Made by a program: the position numbers and the translations under genes | Shown: positions 10,252 through 19,421 of the stretch, piece by piece | Layout: every line of letters starts with the position of its first letter | Numbering within the stretch: position 1 is the first letter of the stretch | Assembly: GCA_963729605.1 (NCBI GenBank) | Contig: CAVSNY010000007.1 | Location: 128,001 to 192,000, forward strand | Source: an uncultured Gammaproteobacteria bacterium | Lineage (GTDB): Bacteria > Pseudomonadota > Gammaproteobacteria > DRLM01 | DNA: 64,000 bases | Reading direction: 5' to 3' | Notes under the pieces: generated by a model | What the model was told of the DNA's origin: nothing | Database searches by the model: none | Seen by the model: the letters and a program-made list of their open reading frames with translations, nothing else

Positions 10252-11093
10252 TGATGATGACCTGGTTGATCGTGCTCGGGGAAGCGGTCCTGATATTGCT
10301 CATCGTGTTGGGCGTCATGGCCTGGAGGGCGTTGCGTAAACGGGCGCGGGAACGCGCCGCCGTCGGCACCTTGGTGAAAAGCATCACCGATAATCAGGCC
10401 GCCCGCGCGGAAAAATTGGCCAGTCGCCTGAAGGACAGCGCCCACCTCGACGACGCCGATGCCTTGGCCAAGGCCCATGAGCTCATCAAAAAACAAAACC
10501 GTTTTTATCAAGACGCGATCGATCTGTATTTCAACCGCAACAATGAAGTGCTGAGCCGGCTCGATCATCGTCTCGAAGATCTCATGGAGCAATATCATAT
10601 CTTCGTGAGCCCGGCTCAACCCGAGGCCAATCCCGGACTGCCCGAAGTCGACAAGGTGGCGCTGGAGAAATTGTCCACAGAGATCGCCGAACTGACCAAA
10701 AACGTGGAAGGCCTGCGTGGGGAAAACGCCGCTCTCCATCAACAGCTCAAGGCGGCGGAACAGGAATTGGATCACCTCGGCCGCGAATACACGTCCGCCT
10801 TCAACAAAGACAAAAGTGCGAAAGCGGAGCCGCGGGGGCTGACCGATGTCGCGCAAACCGCCCCGCTCATGGACGAGTTGTTCACGTCGCCGTCATCCGC
10901 CGCCATGCCGGCCACAGGGTCGGCGAGCAGCCGGGACGGTGACGATGAGCCGCCCAAGGACCGGCGGAACGCCGATGAGCAACGGCCCGCGGACCCCGAC
11001 AATCAAGACCGCGGCCTGCTCGCGGACCTGGATTTAAGTGAATTGATCGGAGAAGACGGCACGCTGAAACCCAATGACGGCAAGCGCGGCTGA
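10248..11093 (+). CDS. Hypothetical membrane-anchored coiled-coil protein
   Basis: N-terminal TM, heptad-rich middle, acidic tail; ATGA overlap with the VWA gene. Confidence 0.75.
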   Translation: MMMMTWLIVLGEAVLILLIVLGVMAWRALRKRARERAAVGTLVKSITDNQAARAEKLASRLKDSAHLDDADALAKAHELIKKQNRFYQDAIDLYFNRNNEVLSRLDHRLEDLMEQYHIFVSPAQPEANPGLPEVDKVALEKLSTEIAELTKNVEGLRGENAALHQQLKAAEQELDHLGREYTSAFNKDKSAKAEPRGLTDVAQTAPLMDELFTSPSSAAMPATGSASSRDGDDEPPKDRRNADEQRPADPDNQDRGLLADLDLSELIGEDGTLKPNDGKRG

Positions 11094-11239
11094 GCGGCGC
11101 GTTTGTCGGCGGGAGACGACGATAATCCGCCCGCCGTCCCTGTCGGTGCCGATAAATCTGTATATAATCATCCCGCTGAGAAAACTAGAACAATCCTTAA
11201 TAAGGAGCAGGCCGCATGCCCGATTCAGTGGAGCGACCC

Positions 11240-11521
11240 ATGGCATCGGAGGAAACCGAAGGGCGCGTGAGGGAGACTTTTCCCATCGAGCAATCTCCGG
11301 AAGAGTTCGCCGCGCGGGATGGTTATGGTTGGTTGGATTTTCCGTTCGCCCGCTTTCGTTTTCGCGACCCTCGGCTCGATGCCTGGATACAAGAAGTGGG
11401 CGACATCCTCCGCGCGCCGGAGAAATTGCGCGAGTGCCAGGCCAAGTACCTCAATGCCGCCGAGATGCAGTTGATCCGCAAATACATGCAAGACGACGAC
11501 GAGCGTTTGGACGGCGATTGA
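11240..11521 (+). CDS. Small hypothetical protein
   Basis: GGAG upstream of ATG 11240; protein-like composition (MASEETEGRVRETFPIEQSPEEFAAR...). Confidence 0.6.
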   Translation: MASEETEGRVRETFPIEQSPEEFAARDGYGWLDFPFARFRFRDPRLDAWIQEVGDILRAPEKLRECQAKYLNAAEMQLIRKYMQDDDERLDGD

Positions 11522-11857
11522 TTAATCGGTTTCGCCGTCGGCGCGCTGCAGGCGCCGCAGATGGTTTAAGGCGATGGGATCGCCCTGCCGCGCCGCGAGC
11601 CGGTAGAGATGCATCGCCTCATCGCGATTGCGGGCGACGCCCTCGCCGCGTTCCAGGAATTCACCCAAGTCCCGTTGTGCCTGAGGATGGCCTTGCTCCG
11701 CCGCGCGGCGCAGCCATTCCAAACCGGCGCCGAGATCACGCGGCACGCCACGTCCCCGCAAAAACCGCAGCGCCAGCAAACGTTGGGCGCGGGCGATGCC
11801 CTGTTCCGCGTCTTCGGTCAACAGGCGGAGTTTCGCTTGATCGTCGCGCGTATTCAT
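11522..11857 (-). CDS. Sel1-repeat protein
   Basis: AEQGIARAQ..L...GRGVPRD and AAEQGHPQAQ..LG...GEGVARN, YRLAARQG. Confidence 0.85.
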   Translation of the reverse strand: MNTRDDQAKLRLLTEDAEQGIARAQRLLALRFLRGRGVPRDLGAGLEWLRRAAEQGHPQAQRDLGEFLERGEGVARNRDEAMHLYRLAARQGDPIALNHLRRLQRADGETD

Positions 11858-11950
11858 CGGATTTCAAGCCGCGCGGCTAAAGGCGGCTCCCTTGGCGGGC
11901 GGGGTGTAAAGGCGTACACTGCGGGCTCGATTTTAGCGAGAGATTTCGAA

Positions 11951-12433
11951 ATGCGCATCGCCAATCACAAAGTGGTTTCCATAGATTACACCTTGACCGA
12001 TGGGCAGGGAACGGTAATCGACAGCTCGAACGGCCACGAGCCGCTGGCCTATATCCACGGCACCGGCAACATCATTCCCGGCCTGGAAACGGCGCTGGAA
12101 GGCAAACAGGCCGGCGAACGCGTCAACGCGGTGATCCCGCCCGAACAGGCGTACGGCGTGCGCGACGAAGCGCGGGTGCAGCAACTGTCGCGCGACGTGT
12201 TCGATACCGATGAGGAAATCACGGTGGGCATGCGTTTTCACGCCATGAGCGAAAACGGTCCCCAGGTGGTCACCGTGGTGGGCGTGGAAGGCGATGAGGT
12301 CACCATCGACGCCAATCATCCGCTGGCCGGCATGACCCTGCATTTCGACGTCACTATCGCCGAAGTGCGCGACGCCTCCGAAGAAGAACTCAGCCACGGC
12401 CACGTGCACGGCCCGGGCGGCCACGATCATTGA
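11951..12433 (+). CDS. slyD: FKBP-type peptidyl-prolyl isomerase SlyD
   Basis: VVSIDYTL, YIHG..NIIPGLE, DANHPLAG and a His-rich tail HGHVHGPGGHDH. Confidence 0.95.
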   Translation: MRIANHKVVSIDYTLTDGQGTVIDSSNGHEPLAYIHGTGNIIPGLETALEGKQAGERVNAVIPPEQAYGVRDEARVQQLSRDVFDTDEEITVGMRFHAMSENGPQVVTVVGVEGDEVTIDANHPLAGMTLHFDVTIAEVRDASEEELSHGHVHGPGGHDH

Positions 12434-12477
12434 GCGTTGCGTGGCAGGGTTTCGGGGAAGCGCTGAAAAAATCTTTT

Positions 12478-12551
12478 AACCGCCGGGGACGCCCAGAAAA
12501 AAGTTTCCACGACTAGAGAAAATCCTTGGTGCTTTTGGCGTCTTGGCGGTT
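12478..12551. repeat. Intergenic inverted repeat, CGCCAAG family (degenerate copy)
   Basis: AACCGCCGGGGACGCCCAG ... CTTGGTGCTTTTGGCGTCTTGGCGGTT; same arms as 62618-62720. Confidence 0.65.
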
Positions 12552-12585
12552 CAAGATGAATCAACCACTCGTATTGCCGCGCTGA

Positions 12586-13395
12586 TTATCCGTCGCGATA
12601 AAAGCGCCGCGTCACGCGCCGCCAGGCGCCCAGTAATAAAATGCCCCAGCCTATTTCCGCGCCGCCTCCGCCACTTTGGGCCGCGGTGCTGACGTTGCCG
12701 GCGGTGCCGCTGTCCGGGGTGGTGCTGCCGGGATCGGTGAGTGTGTACAACGTCACCATCCCTAATTTATCGTCGGGCTGCAAAAATTCGATGTCGCCGG
12801 TGGTGGAGTTCATGATCGCGGTGACCTGCTGCGGCGGGGTCGTCTCGTCGGGGTGATCCAGCCCCAGGGCATGGCCGAACTCGTGGCGCATTACGCGGCG
12901 AAAATCGTAGACGGAACCATTGCTCGGCAGGTTGCCGGCTAAATGGGCGCTCCAGTTGCGGCTCTGGTCGACCACGATGTCGGTGTCGACGTGATAAAGC
13001 GTGTTACCGGCCAGACGATAGGAGCGGGTGGTGATGGCGAGCGCGTCGCCGAAGGAATCGCCGTTGCAGTCCGTGAAACGCCAGCCCGCCGCGTTATTAC
13101 GATCGCCGGAGTTGCAGGGCTGGGCCGCGGTAGTGGCCACCTGCCATTGGAGACGCGTGCCCACCTCGTTCCAGTCGGCCAGCGCCACCTCGGCGCTGGT
13201 GTTGAAGGCGCCGCCGAAATTGAGGGTGAAAGCCACCGAGTTTTCCCGCCAAACCACGGGTGTTCCATTCCCGAGGGTTTGATTGGGTACCGCCCCGCCG
13301 TTACCGTCATGCACGGTATAGGCGAAGGCCGAGGCCAGCGCCGGAAACAGCATGGCCGCCAGGGCGATGAGACGCGGCGCGCGCATAGACCTCAC
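12586..13395 (-). CDS. Matrixin-like (metzincin M10) metalloprotease with GlyGly-CTERM-like tail
   Basis: Signal peptide, HEFGHALGLDH zinc motif, Met-turn AIMNS, C-terminal SGGGGAEIGWGILLLGAWRR. Confidence 0.9.
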   Translation of the reverse strand: MRSMRAPRLIALAAMLFPALASAFAYTVHDGNGGAVPNQTLGNGTPVVWRENSVAFTLNFGGAFNTSAEVALADWNEVGTRLQWQVATTAAQPCNSGDRNNAAGWRFTDCNGDSFGDALAITTRSYRLAGNTLYHVDTDIVVDQSRNWSAHLAGNLPSNGSVYDFRRVMRHEFGHALGLDHPDETTPPQQVTAIMNSTTGDIEFLQPDDKLGMVTLYTLTDPGSTTPDSGTAGNVSTAAQSGGGGAEIGWGILLLGAWRRVTRRFYRDG

Positions 13396-13973
13396 GGCGT
13401 ATCGGCCGGGCCGGTTAGTTTGGCGCGCACCCGCCCTAGAAATCCCGCCAGGGTTTCAGGTTGGGTGGCGGACAATTGGGCGGCCAGGCCGGCGTGCGCC
13501 GCATCGGCGGTGGCGGGCAGTACCACCTCGCGGCCCGCGCCGTCGCGGAGCACCTGATAAACACCTTGGTTGATGCCCACCACCGGAAAAAAGTCCCGGA
13601 AGTTGCCGCGGATGAATAACACGTAGCGCTGGCCGGGGCGCAATTGCGGCAGACCGGGATGGACATCGATCCGGTCACCCACCCGGCCGCCGGCGATCCG
13701 CAAGGTATAGTGCGCCGTGTCCAGCCGGCCCTTCACGATCTCGAGGTCTTTAAGGATGACTTGAGTGCGGATGATTTTGTGGTCGGGGGCGTCGTAGCCG
13801 CTGCGCAGTTCGCTGACCGTGCCCACCAATACCAGCTCCGACAGGGACACCAGTTCATCGAAAGAGCGCGGCACCACGCTGAGCGCGCCGGCCGGGGTCG
13901 CCAGCAATAAGGCCACCACCCCGGCCCAGGCGCAACGAAAGAGGGAGTGGTGATATGCTGCGGACATGACCAT
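13392..13973 (-). CDS. Exported hypothetical protein coupled to the protease
   Basis: Signal peptide (ATPAGA), SFDELV..SELVLVGTV, GQRYVLF and GINQGVY motifs; 4-nt overlap with the protease start. Confidence 0.8.
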   Translation of the reverse strand: MVMSAAYHHSLFRCAWAGVVALLLATPAGALSVVPRSFDELVSLSELVLVGTVSELRSGYDAPDHKIIRTQVILKDLEIVKGRLDTAHYTLRIAGGRVGDRIDVHPGLPQLRPGQRYVLFIRGNFRDFFPVVGINQGVYQVLRDGAGREVVLPATADAAHAGLAAQLSATQPETLAGFLGRVRAKLTGPADTP

Positions 13974-14210
13974 AGCTTACTGAAAGGCGGGCCGATCACA
14001 AGGCCATTCGTCGCGCCGGCGCGGCCGCGCCCTGATCCGGCCGGGCCGGGGGAGCGCGGGAAGTCAACTTTTTTATCGGACGGCCGATCCGCTTGGGGCT
14101 CCCCCCGATCGGCGTATTACCTATTAGGGTCATGAGATAAGCTTGCATGTTCCGCCGCCTTCCGCGCGGCAAGCCCTGCGGTCGCCATCGGCGACTTCGA
14201 GAAGTGAGCC

Positions 14211-14831
14211 ATGGAAGTTCTATTCAATACCTTTGTGGTGTTGTTCATCGTCATCGACCCGGTGGGTCTGGCGCCGATGTTTTTGGGGCTGACCCGCGGC
14301 GGCACGGCCGCCTATCAGCGCAAGATGGCCATCCGCGGCACGGCCTTGGCCAGCGGCATGTTGCTGGTGTTCTTTTTCTTCGGCGATGTCTTGCTCGCCG
14401 CTTTAGGAATAGGCCTGCCGGCCTTCCGCATCGCCGGCGGCGCGCTGCTGTTCCTGCTGGCGATCGACATGGTGTTCGCCCGTCAATCGGGCCTGCGCTC
14501 CACCACCACCCGCGAACAGCGGGAGGCCGAACATAAGGAAGACATCTCGGTATTCCCGCTGGCCTTCCCGCTCATCGCCGGGCCCGGCGCGCTCACCACC
14601 GTGCTGCTGATGTCGTCGAGCTGGAAGGAACCGGTGGTGTTCGCCGGCATGTTGGCCGTGTTGCTGCTGGTGCTGGGTATGACCCTGCTGTCCTTGCTGT
14701 GGGCCGGCGTTCTTTTGAGATTTCTCGGCGAGACCGGTACCAACGTCATCAGCCGGCTGTTCGGTTTGGTGCTGGCCGCCCTCGCCGTCCAGTATATTTT
14801 GGATGGCTTGCGCAGCGCCTGGGCGGGTTAA
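14211..14831 (+). CDS. MarC-family membrane protein
   Basis: LFIVIDPVG, AFRIAGG and VFPLAFPLIAGPGA motifs. Confidence 0.92.
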   Translation: MEVLFNTFVVLFIVIDPVGLAPMFLGLTRGGTAAYQRKMAIRGTALASGMLLVFFFFGDVLLAALGIGLPAFRIAGGALLFLLAIDMVFARQSGLRSTTTREQREAEHKEDISVFPLAFPLIAGPGALTTVLLMSSSWKEPVVFAGMLAVLLLVLGMTLLSLLWAGVLLRFLGETGTNVISRLFGLVLAALAVQYILDGLRSAWAG

Positions 14832-15367
14832 AACATCTCCAATTCCAGTACCAGCTTCCCGTCGCGTACGTTGATGGCCTTGATCTCGCGGCCCAGCGGT
14901 TGTTTTGATTCGCCGAGCTGGCCCAGTACGTAAATGGGCCGACTGTTGAGCATCTCGCGCGCCGCCTGTTCGGCGATCCGGCGGAGCTCGCCGGCATAGG
15001 GTTCGGGTACGCCGTCGATGGCCAATTCCTCCACGGTGGCGTCGCGCAGATAAAACTCGCCGCTCGCCGGCTCGAAACGCAAACCGCCGGTCAGCTGCGC
15101 CCGGCCGGCCACGGGCCATTGCAGCAGCGTGCCCGACAATTTCAAACCCAAACCGATGCGGTCGCCGCCTTCGCGCAGCACCACCCGCGGCTCGCTGAGC
15201 AGCAGGTCGTACAGCGGCTCTTGATGGGAGACCGGAAAAAGCCGCTCGACCTTGCGCTGTAAATCCGCTTGCCCGAGCTCGACCACGTAATTCATGGCCA
15301 GCGCCGGTACCGTCGCCGCCAGCGCGCAGACCGCCGCAGCGCGGGTCAGCCAATGTCGTATTCGCAT
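14828..15367 (-). CDS. DUF1439-like exported protein
   Basis: Signal peptide; LQRKVERLFP, LRFEPASGEFYL and PIYVL pattern typical of DUF1439/YceB-like proteins. Confidence 0.7.
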   Translation of the reverse strand: MRIRHWLTRAAAVCALAATVPALAMNYVVELGQADLQRKVERLFPVSHQEPLYDLLLSEPRVVLREGGDRIGLGLKLSGTLLQWPVAGRAQLTGGLRFEPASGEFYLRDATVEELAIDGVPEPYAGELRRIAEQAAREMLNSRPIYVLGQLGESKQPLGREIKAINVRDGKLVLELEMF

Positions 15368-15466
15368 AGTGTTACCTCGATTGAAGACAGGGTTTCGACC
15401 CCGTGGGACGGGCCGTGTTCAGATGCATTGCAGCACGAATCAGCGAGGGTGCGTGAACGGCGCCGT

Positions 15467-18349
15467 TTACGGTGAACCGGCGGGCGGGTTTTCCGTGTTG
15501 CGATGCTGCTGCAACAGGCGCTGAAATTCCTCGGGCGTGATCTTGGGTTTGGAGAAACGCGGCATCTCCACCTTGAGGGCATTGGGCTGGATGTGCGGCG
15601 CGCCTTGCGCCGGCCGGTAGAGCAAATCGTAACCGCCGATCGCCAGATTCGCGGGCACCGTCAGTTGCGCACGGCCTTGGTCATCGAGCGCGGTCTTGAG
15701 CAGCGGTGACGGCCGCAGCGCGGTCAGACCGGCGTACAACACGCCGCGATGCAGTATCAGGTTGGTGCCCGCGCCCATCCCCGGCTGCGGCGGGACGGCG
15801 AGGGGTCGGCGCGGATCGCTGAGGTCCACGGTCTGCAGGCCCTGCGCGGTGGCGAGGTATAACACGCCCTCGCCCCAGGCCAGATCGAGCAACGGCCGGC
15901 CGAGGTCGAGCTCGGCGAGCAACTCCATTTTTCCGCCGCCGATGCGGTACACGCTGAGTCGCTCGCGGCGGGTTTGATCCAGCGCCGCGAGCAAATCGCC
16001 CTGGCCGCGCAGTGCCGCGGCGGGTCGCGGCGGTTCCAGCGCCGTGATCCCCGCCGCGCGCCAGGCCTCGGCGCCGTATCCCACGTAGACTTGCCCGCCT
16101 TGCGGCCACGGTTCGCCGACCTTGTCCGCCGTGCTGCCGGTCAGGCGGGGTTGCAGCGGCTGGGCGAGATCGAAGACCAGGCCCCGCCCGCCGGCGAGGG
16201 CGTACAAGCGGGCGCCGTCCGCGCGCAGCGTGTCCACCTCATGGTCGGTCCGCAGCCGTGTCACCAGCCGCGCCTCTATCGGCTGGCTGAGTTCGATGAC
16301 CGCGATGCCGCCCTCCGCCAGGCCGACATAGGCGGCGTCGCCGCCGACGGCGACGCTGAGCGCCGCGGCCGGCAGCTCCACGCCGGTGACCCAGGTGGGA
16401 TTGAGCGGATTCTTGATGTCGAAGATTTGCAGCCCGCCTGCGCCGTGGGCGACGTAGAGGTAATCGCCCTGCGCCGCATCCTGCCGCGGCGTGCCGCGCT
16501 CGGCGTAACGAACGAGATCGGGTTCGGCGCGGTCGCGCGGATTCAGCACCGCGAAGCCGCCCCACCAATCCAGCACATAAGCCCGGCCGTCGCCGCCGGC
16601 GCGGATGCCCCACGCCGCGCCGGGGGTGTCGTAGCTGTATTTCACTACCGGCCGCGCCGGGTCGGCGACGTTCACCACGTGCACGCCCGCCAGCCAGTCG
16701 GCGAGATAAAGGTCGTCGCCGTGCAGGTCGAGTCCGCGGGCGTTGCCGGGGGTGGCGAGTTCGGCGAGCACCCGCGGCGCGGCGGGCGCGCTGACGTCGG
16801 CGAGTTTGAGGCCTTGATCGAAATAGGCGAGATAGGCGATGCCGCCGCGCACCAGCACCTCTTCCAAGCGGCCGCCGCTATCGTAGGCGCCGACCGCGCG
16901 CGGCTGCGCCGGGTCGCTCACGTCGTAGATCAGCAAGCCGGCCGCGTCGTCGGCGACGTAGAGCGTGTTGCCGCTGATCGCCAGCGACCAGGCCATGCCG
17001 GGCGTGGCGACGTCGGCGATGAGTTTGGGCGCGGTGGGTTGACGGACGTCGATGATCTGGAAACCGCCGCGGTGGCTGGCGAGGTACAGCAGATCGCCGG
17101 CGAGCTTGGGGGTGTAGGCGAGGCCGGGCGTCGCGAGGTTGGCGACGATGCGCGGCCGGCCGGGGTCGCCGATGTCCACCACTTGCAGGCCGTGGTCGTC
17201 GTCGGCGACGTAGGCGTAATCGCCGCGCACCGCCACGCCTTTGGCCGAGCCCGGCGTGCGCAGGCTGGACAGCAGACGCGGTTGCCGCGGATCGCCGACG
17301 TCGTAAATGTGCAGGCCGGAAAACCAGTCGGCGACGTAGACCCGGTCGCCCACCACGTCGGCGCGGCGCTGGCCGCCGAAATTCACGCCGCGGCCGACGT
17401 CCAGTCCGGCGTTGCTGATTTGCGGCGGCTCGGCGTCGAAGCCGATCAAGGAAATGGCGTTGGGCGTCGCCACCCAGGCCTCGTCGCCCGCCACCGCCAG
17501 GGCCTGAATGCGCGGTTCGGACAAGACCTGTTTCGCGCTGAAGGAAGGCTGCGCGGCGTTGAACACGTCCACCCGGCTGACCGCGCCGTCGTCGCTCGCC
17601 ACCCACACGCTGTCACCGCGCGCCGCGACCTTGACCGCGTTGCCGAGCTGGCCGGTGCTGCCCAGCCACAAGGGATGGGCGGCCTCCTGCACGTCGAGTA
17701 TCAACAGGCCTGCGTCGTGTTGCGCCACGTAAGCCCGGCCTTCGCTGACCGCCACGTCGTGGGTCGCGCCGCGGGTCGGGTAGCGGACGGCGAGGCGGGC
17801 GCGGGCGGGATCGCCGATATCCCAGATCAGCAGCTCCTCGCGGCCGGTGGCCTGCAAGGCGTATTGGCCGGCAATGGCGACGCCGGCACCCGCCTCCGGC
17901 AGGGTGAAGCGCCAGCCCAGTTTGGGGAGGCGCGGATCACTGAGATCCAGGCCGAGAACCTGGCCGTCGTCGAGCCGCAACAGGACATCGCCGGCGTGGC
18001 GCTGCAGACCGGCGATGGGCGCGTCGGCCCGATAGCGGCCAAGCGTGTCGCCGGGCGCGCGGAGGTCGAGGACTTCCAGCGTGTCGTGCGCGACGCGATA
18101 GGCCAGGCCGCGCCGCGGGTCGAGGCCGAGGATGTGATTGTTCGGCAGCGGCAGGGACGCGGTGAGATGCGGACCGCCGGGGACGAGCATCACCTCGCCC
18201 GGACCCGGCGCGCTGATGTGTATGGATGTGACCTTGCCGTTGGGCACGCCGGCCGGTTCCACGATCAAGGCCGCGGCCTGGACGACCGGCGCCAAACAGG
18301 CGGTCAGCCAAATCAAGGTGAGCGCGCGGCGCGCGGTGTAGTCGGGCAT
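15467..18349 (-). CDS. Large exported LVIVD-repeat (beta-propeller) protein, about 960 aa
   Basis: Start MPDYTARR plus signal peptide; many AYVAD..GL.I.DV.DP..P repeats. The ORF-track extension to 19114 overlaps tas. Confidence 0.88.
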   Translation of the reverse strand: MPDYTARRALTLIWLTACLAPVVQAAALIVEPAGVPNGKVTSIHISAPGPGEVMLVPGGPHLTASLPLPNNHILGLDPRRGLAYRVAHDTLEVLDLRAPGDTLGRYRADAPIAGLQRHAGDVLLRLDDGQVLGLDLSDPRLPKLGWRFTLPEAGAGVAIAGQYALQATGREELLIWDIGDPARARLAVRYPTRGATHDVAVSEGRAYVAQHDAGLLILDVQEAAHPLWLGSTGQLGNAVKVAARGDSVWVASDDGAVSRVDVFNAAQPSFSAKQVLSEPRIQALAVAGDEAWVATPNAISLIGFDAEPPQISNAGLDVGRGVNFGGQRRADVVGDRVYVADWFSGLHIYDVGDPRQPRLLSSLRTPGSAKGVAVRGDYAYVADDDHGLQVVDIGDPGRPRIVANLATPGLAYTPKLAGDLLYLASHRGGFQIIDVRQPTAPKLIADVATPGMAWSLAISGNTLYVADDAAGLLIYDVSDPAQPRAVGAYDSGGRLEEVLVRGGIAYLAYFDQGLKLADVSAPAAPRVLAELATPGNARGLDLHGDDLYLADWLAGVHVVNVADPARPVVKYSYDTPGAAWGIRAGGDGRAYVLDWWGGFAVLNPRDRAEPDLVRYAERGTPRQDAAQGDYLYVAHGAGGLQIFDIKNPLNPTWVTGVELPAAALSVAVGGDAAYVGLAEGGIAVIELSQPIEARLVTRLRTDHEVDTLRADGARLYALAGGRGLVFDLAQPLQPRLTGSTADKVGEPWPQGGQVYVGYGAEAWRAAGITALEPPRPAAALRGQGDLLAALDQTRRERLSVYRIGGGKMELLAELDLGRPLLDLAWGEGVLYLATAQGLQTVDLSDPRRPLAVPPQPGMGAGTNLILHRGVLYAGLTALRPSPLLKTALDDQGRAQLTVPANLAIGGYDLLYRPAQGAPHIQPNALKVEMPRFSKPKITPEEFQRLLQQHRNTENPPAGSP

Positions 18350-18360
18350 GGCCACTCGTT

Positions 18361-19401
18361 TCACGGACAGGGATTGGGATGGTTTTGGTGAATCTCTTCG
18401 ATGCCGCTCAACACCGCCGGCGGCAGTTCGAGCTCGAGGCTGGCGATGTTGCGGCCCAGTTGTTCCAGGCTGGTGGCGCCCACCAGGGTGCTGGTCGTGA
18501 AGGGCCGGTGCATCACATAGGCCAGCGCCATTTGCGCGGGATCGAGACCGTGCTCGCGGGCGAGTTTCACGTAGGCCTCGGTGGCGGCCAGCCCGCGCGG
18601 GCCGGTGTAGCGGCGGAAGCGTTCGAAGCGGGTGAGCCGCGCCCCCGCCGGACGCTGACCCTCGAGGTATTTGCCCGAGAGCACGCCAAAGCCCAAAGGT
18701 GAATAGGCCAGCAGGCCGACGTTCTCGCGGTGGGCGATCTCCGCCAGCCCCACTTCGAAGCTGCGGTTGAGCAGGTTGTAGGGATTTTGAATACTCACCA
18801 CCCGCGGCAGATTGTATTCCTTCGCGAGCTGGAGAAAATGCATCACCCCCCACGGCGTTTCGTTGGAGACGCCGATGTGGCGGATCTTGCCGGCGCGCAC
18901 CAGTTCGCCTAGCACCTGCAAAGTCTCGATGATGGGCACGTCGTCGTCGGCGGGCTGATATTCGTAGCCGAGCTGGCCGAAGAAATTGGTCTTGCGATCG
19001 GGCCAGTGCAGTTGATAGAGATCCATGTAATCGGTTTGCAGGCGTTTGAGACTGGCGTCCAGGGCGGCGATGAGGTGCTCGCGGTTGAGACGCGGATTGC
19101 CGTCGCGGATCCACGTGAGATCGGTGGCGCGGCTGGCCGCCTTGGTGGCGAGGATCACCTCGCCGCGGCGGCCGCGCTGTTTCAGCCAGTTCCCGATGTA
19201 TTCCTCGGTACGGCCATAGGTCTCGGCCTTGGGCGGCACCGGGTACATCTCGGCGGTGTCGATGAAATTGACGCCGGCCTCGTAGGCGTAGTCCAGTTGC
19301 TCATGGGCCTCGGCCTCGCTGTTCTGCTCGCCGAAGGTCATGGTGCCGAGGCCCACCGCGCTGACCTTGATCTCGCTGCGACCCAAATGACGGTATTCCA
19401 T
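18361..19401 (-). CDS. tas: NADP(H)-dependent aldo-keto reductase Tas
   Basis: LGTMTFGEQN, FIDTAEMYPVP, DLYQLHWPDR and GVSNETPWG motifs. Confidence 0.93.
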   Translation of the reverse strand: MEYRHLGRSEIKVSAVGLGTMTFGEQNSEAEAHEQLDYAYEAGVNFIDTAEMYPVPPKAETYGRTEEYIGNWLKQRGRRGEVILATKAASRATDLTWIRDGNPRLNREHLIAALDASLKRLQTDYMDLYQLHWPDRKTNFFGQLGYEYQPADDDVPIIETLQVLGELVRAGKIRHIGVSNETPWGVMHFLQLAKEYNLPRVVSIQNPYNLLNRSFEVGLAEIAHRENVGLLAYSPLGFGVLSGKYLEGQRPAGARLTRFERFRRYTGPRGLAATEAYVKLAREHGLDPAQMALAYVMHRPFTTSTLVGATSLEQLGRNIASLELELPPAVLSGIEEIHQNHPNPCP

Positions 19402-19421
19402 GGCACGCCTCCGCTGTGGAT

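Noticed and set aside
15974-18391. 805-aa + strand ORF, and similar long antisense ORFs at 56522-58966, 47408-49069 and 39225-40706
   Set aside because: Shadow ORFs opposite real genes, expected in high-GC DNA; no recognisable motifs.
18350-19114. N-terminal extension making a 1215-aa LVIVD ORF
   Set aside because: It overlaps tas in another frame and is Arg/Pro-rich nonsense. The real start with a signal peptide is at 18349.
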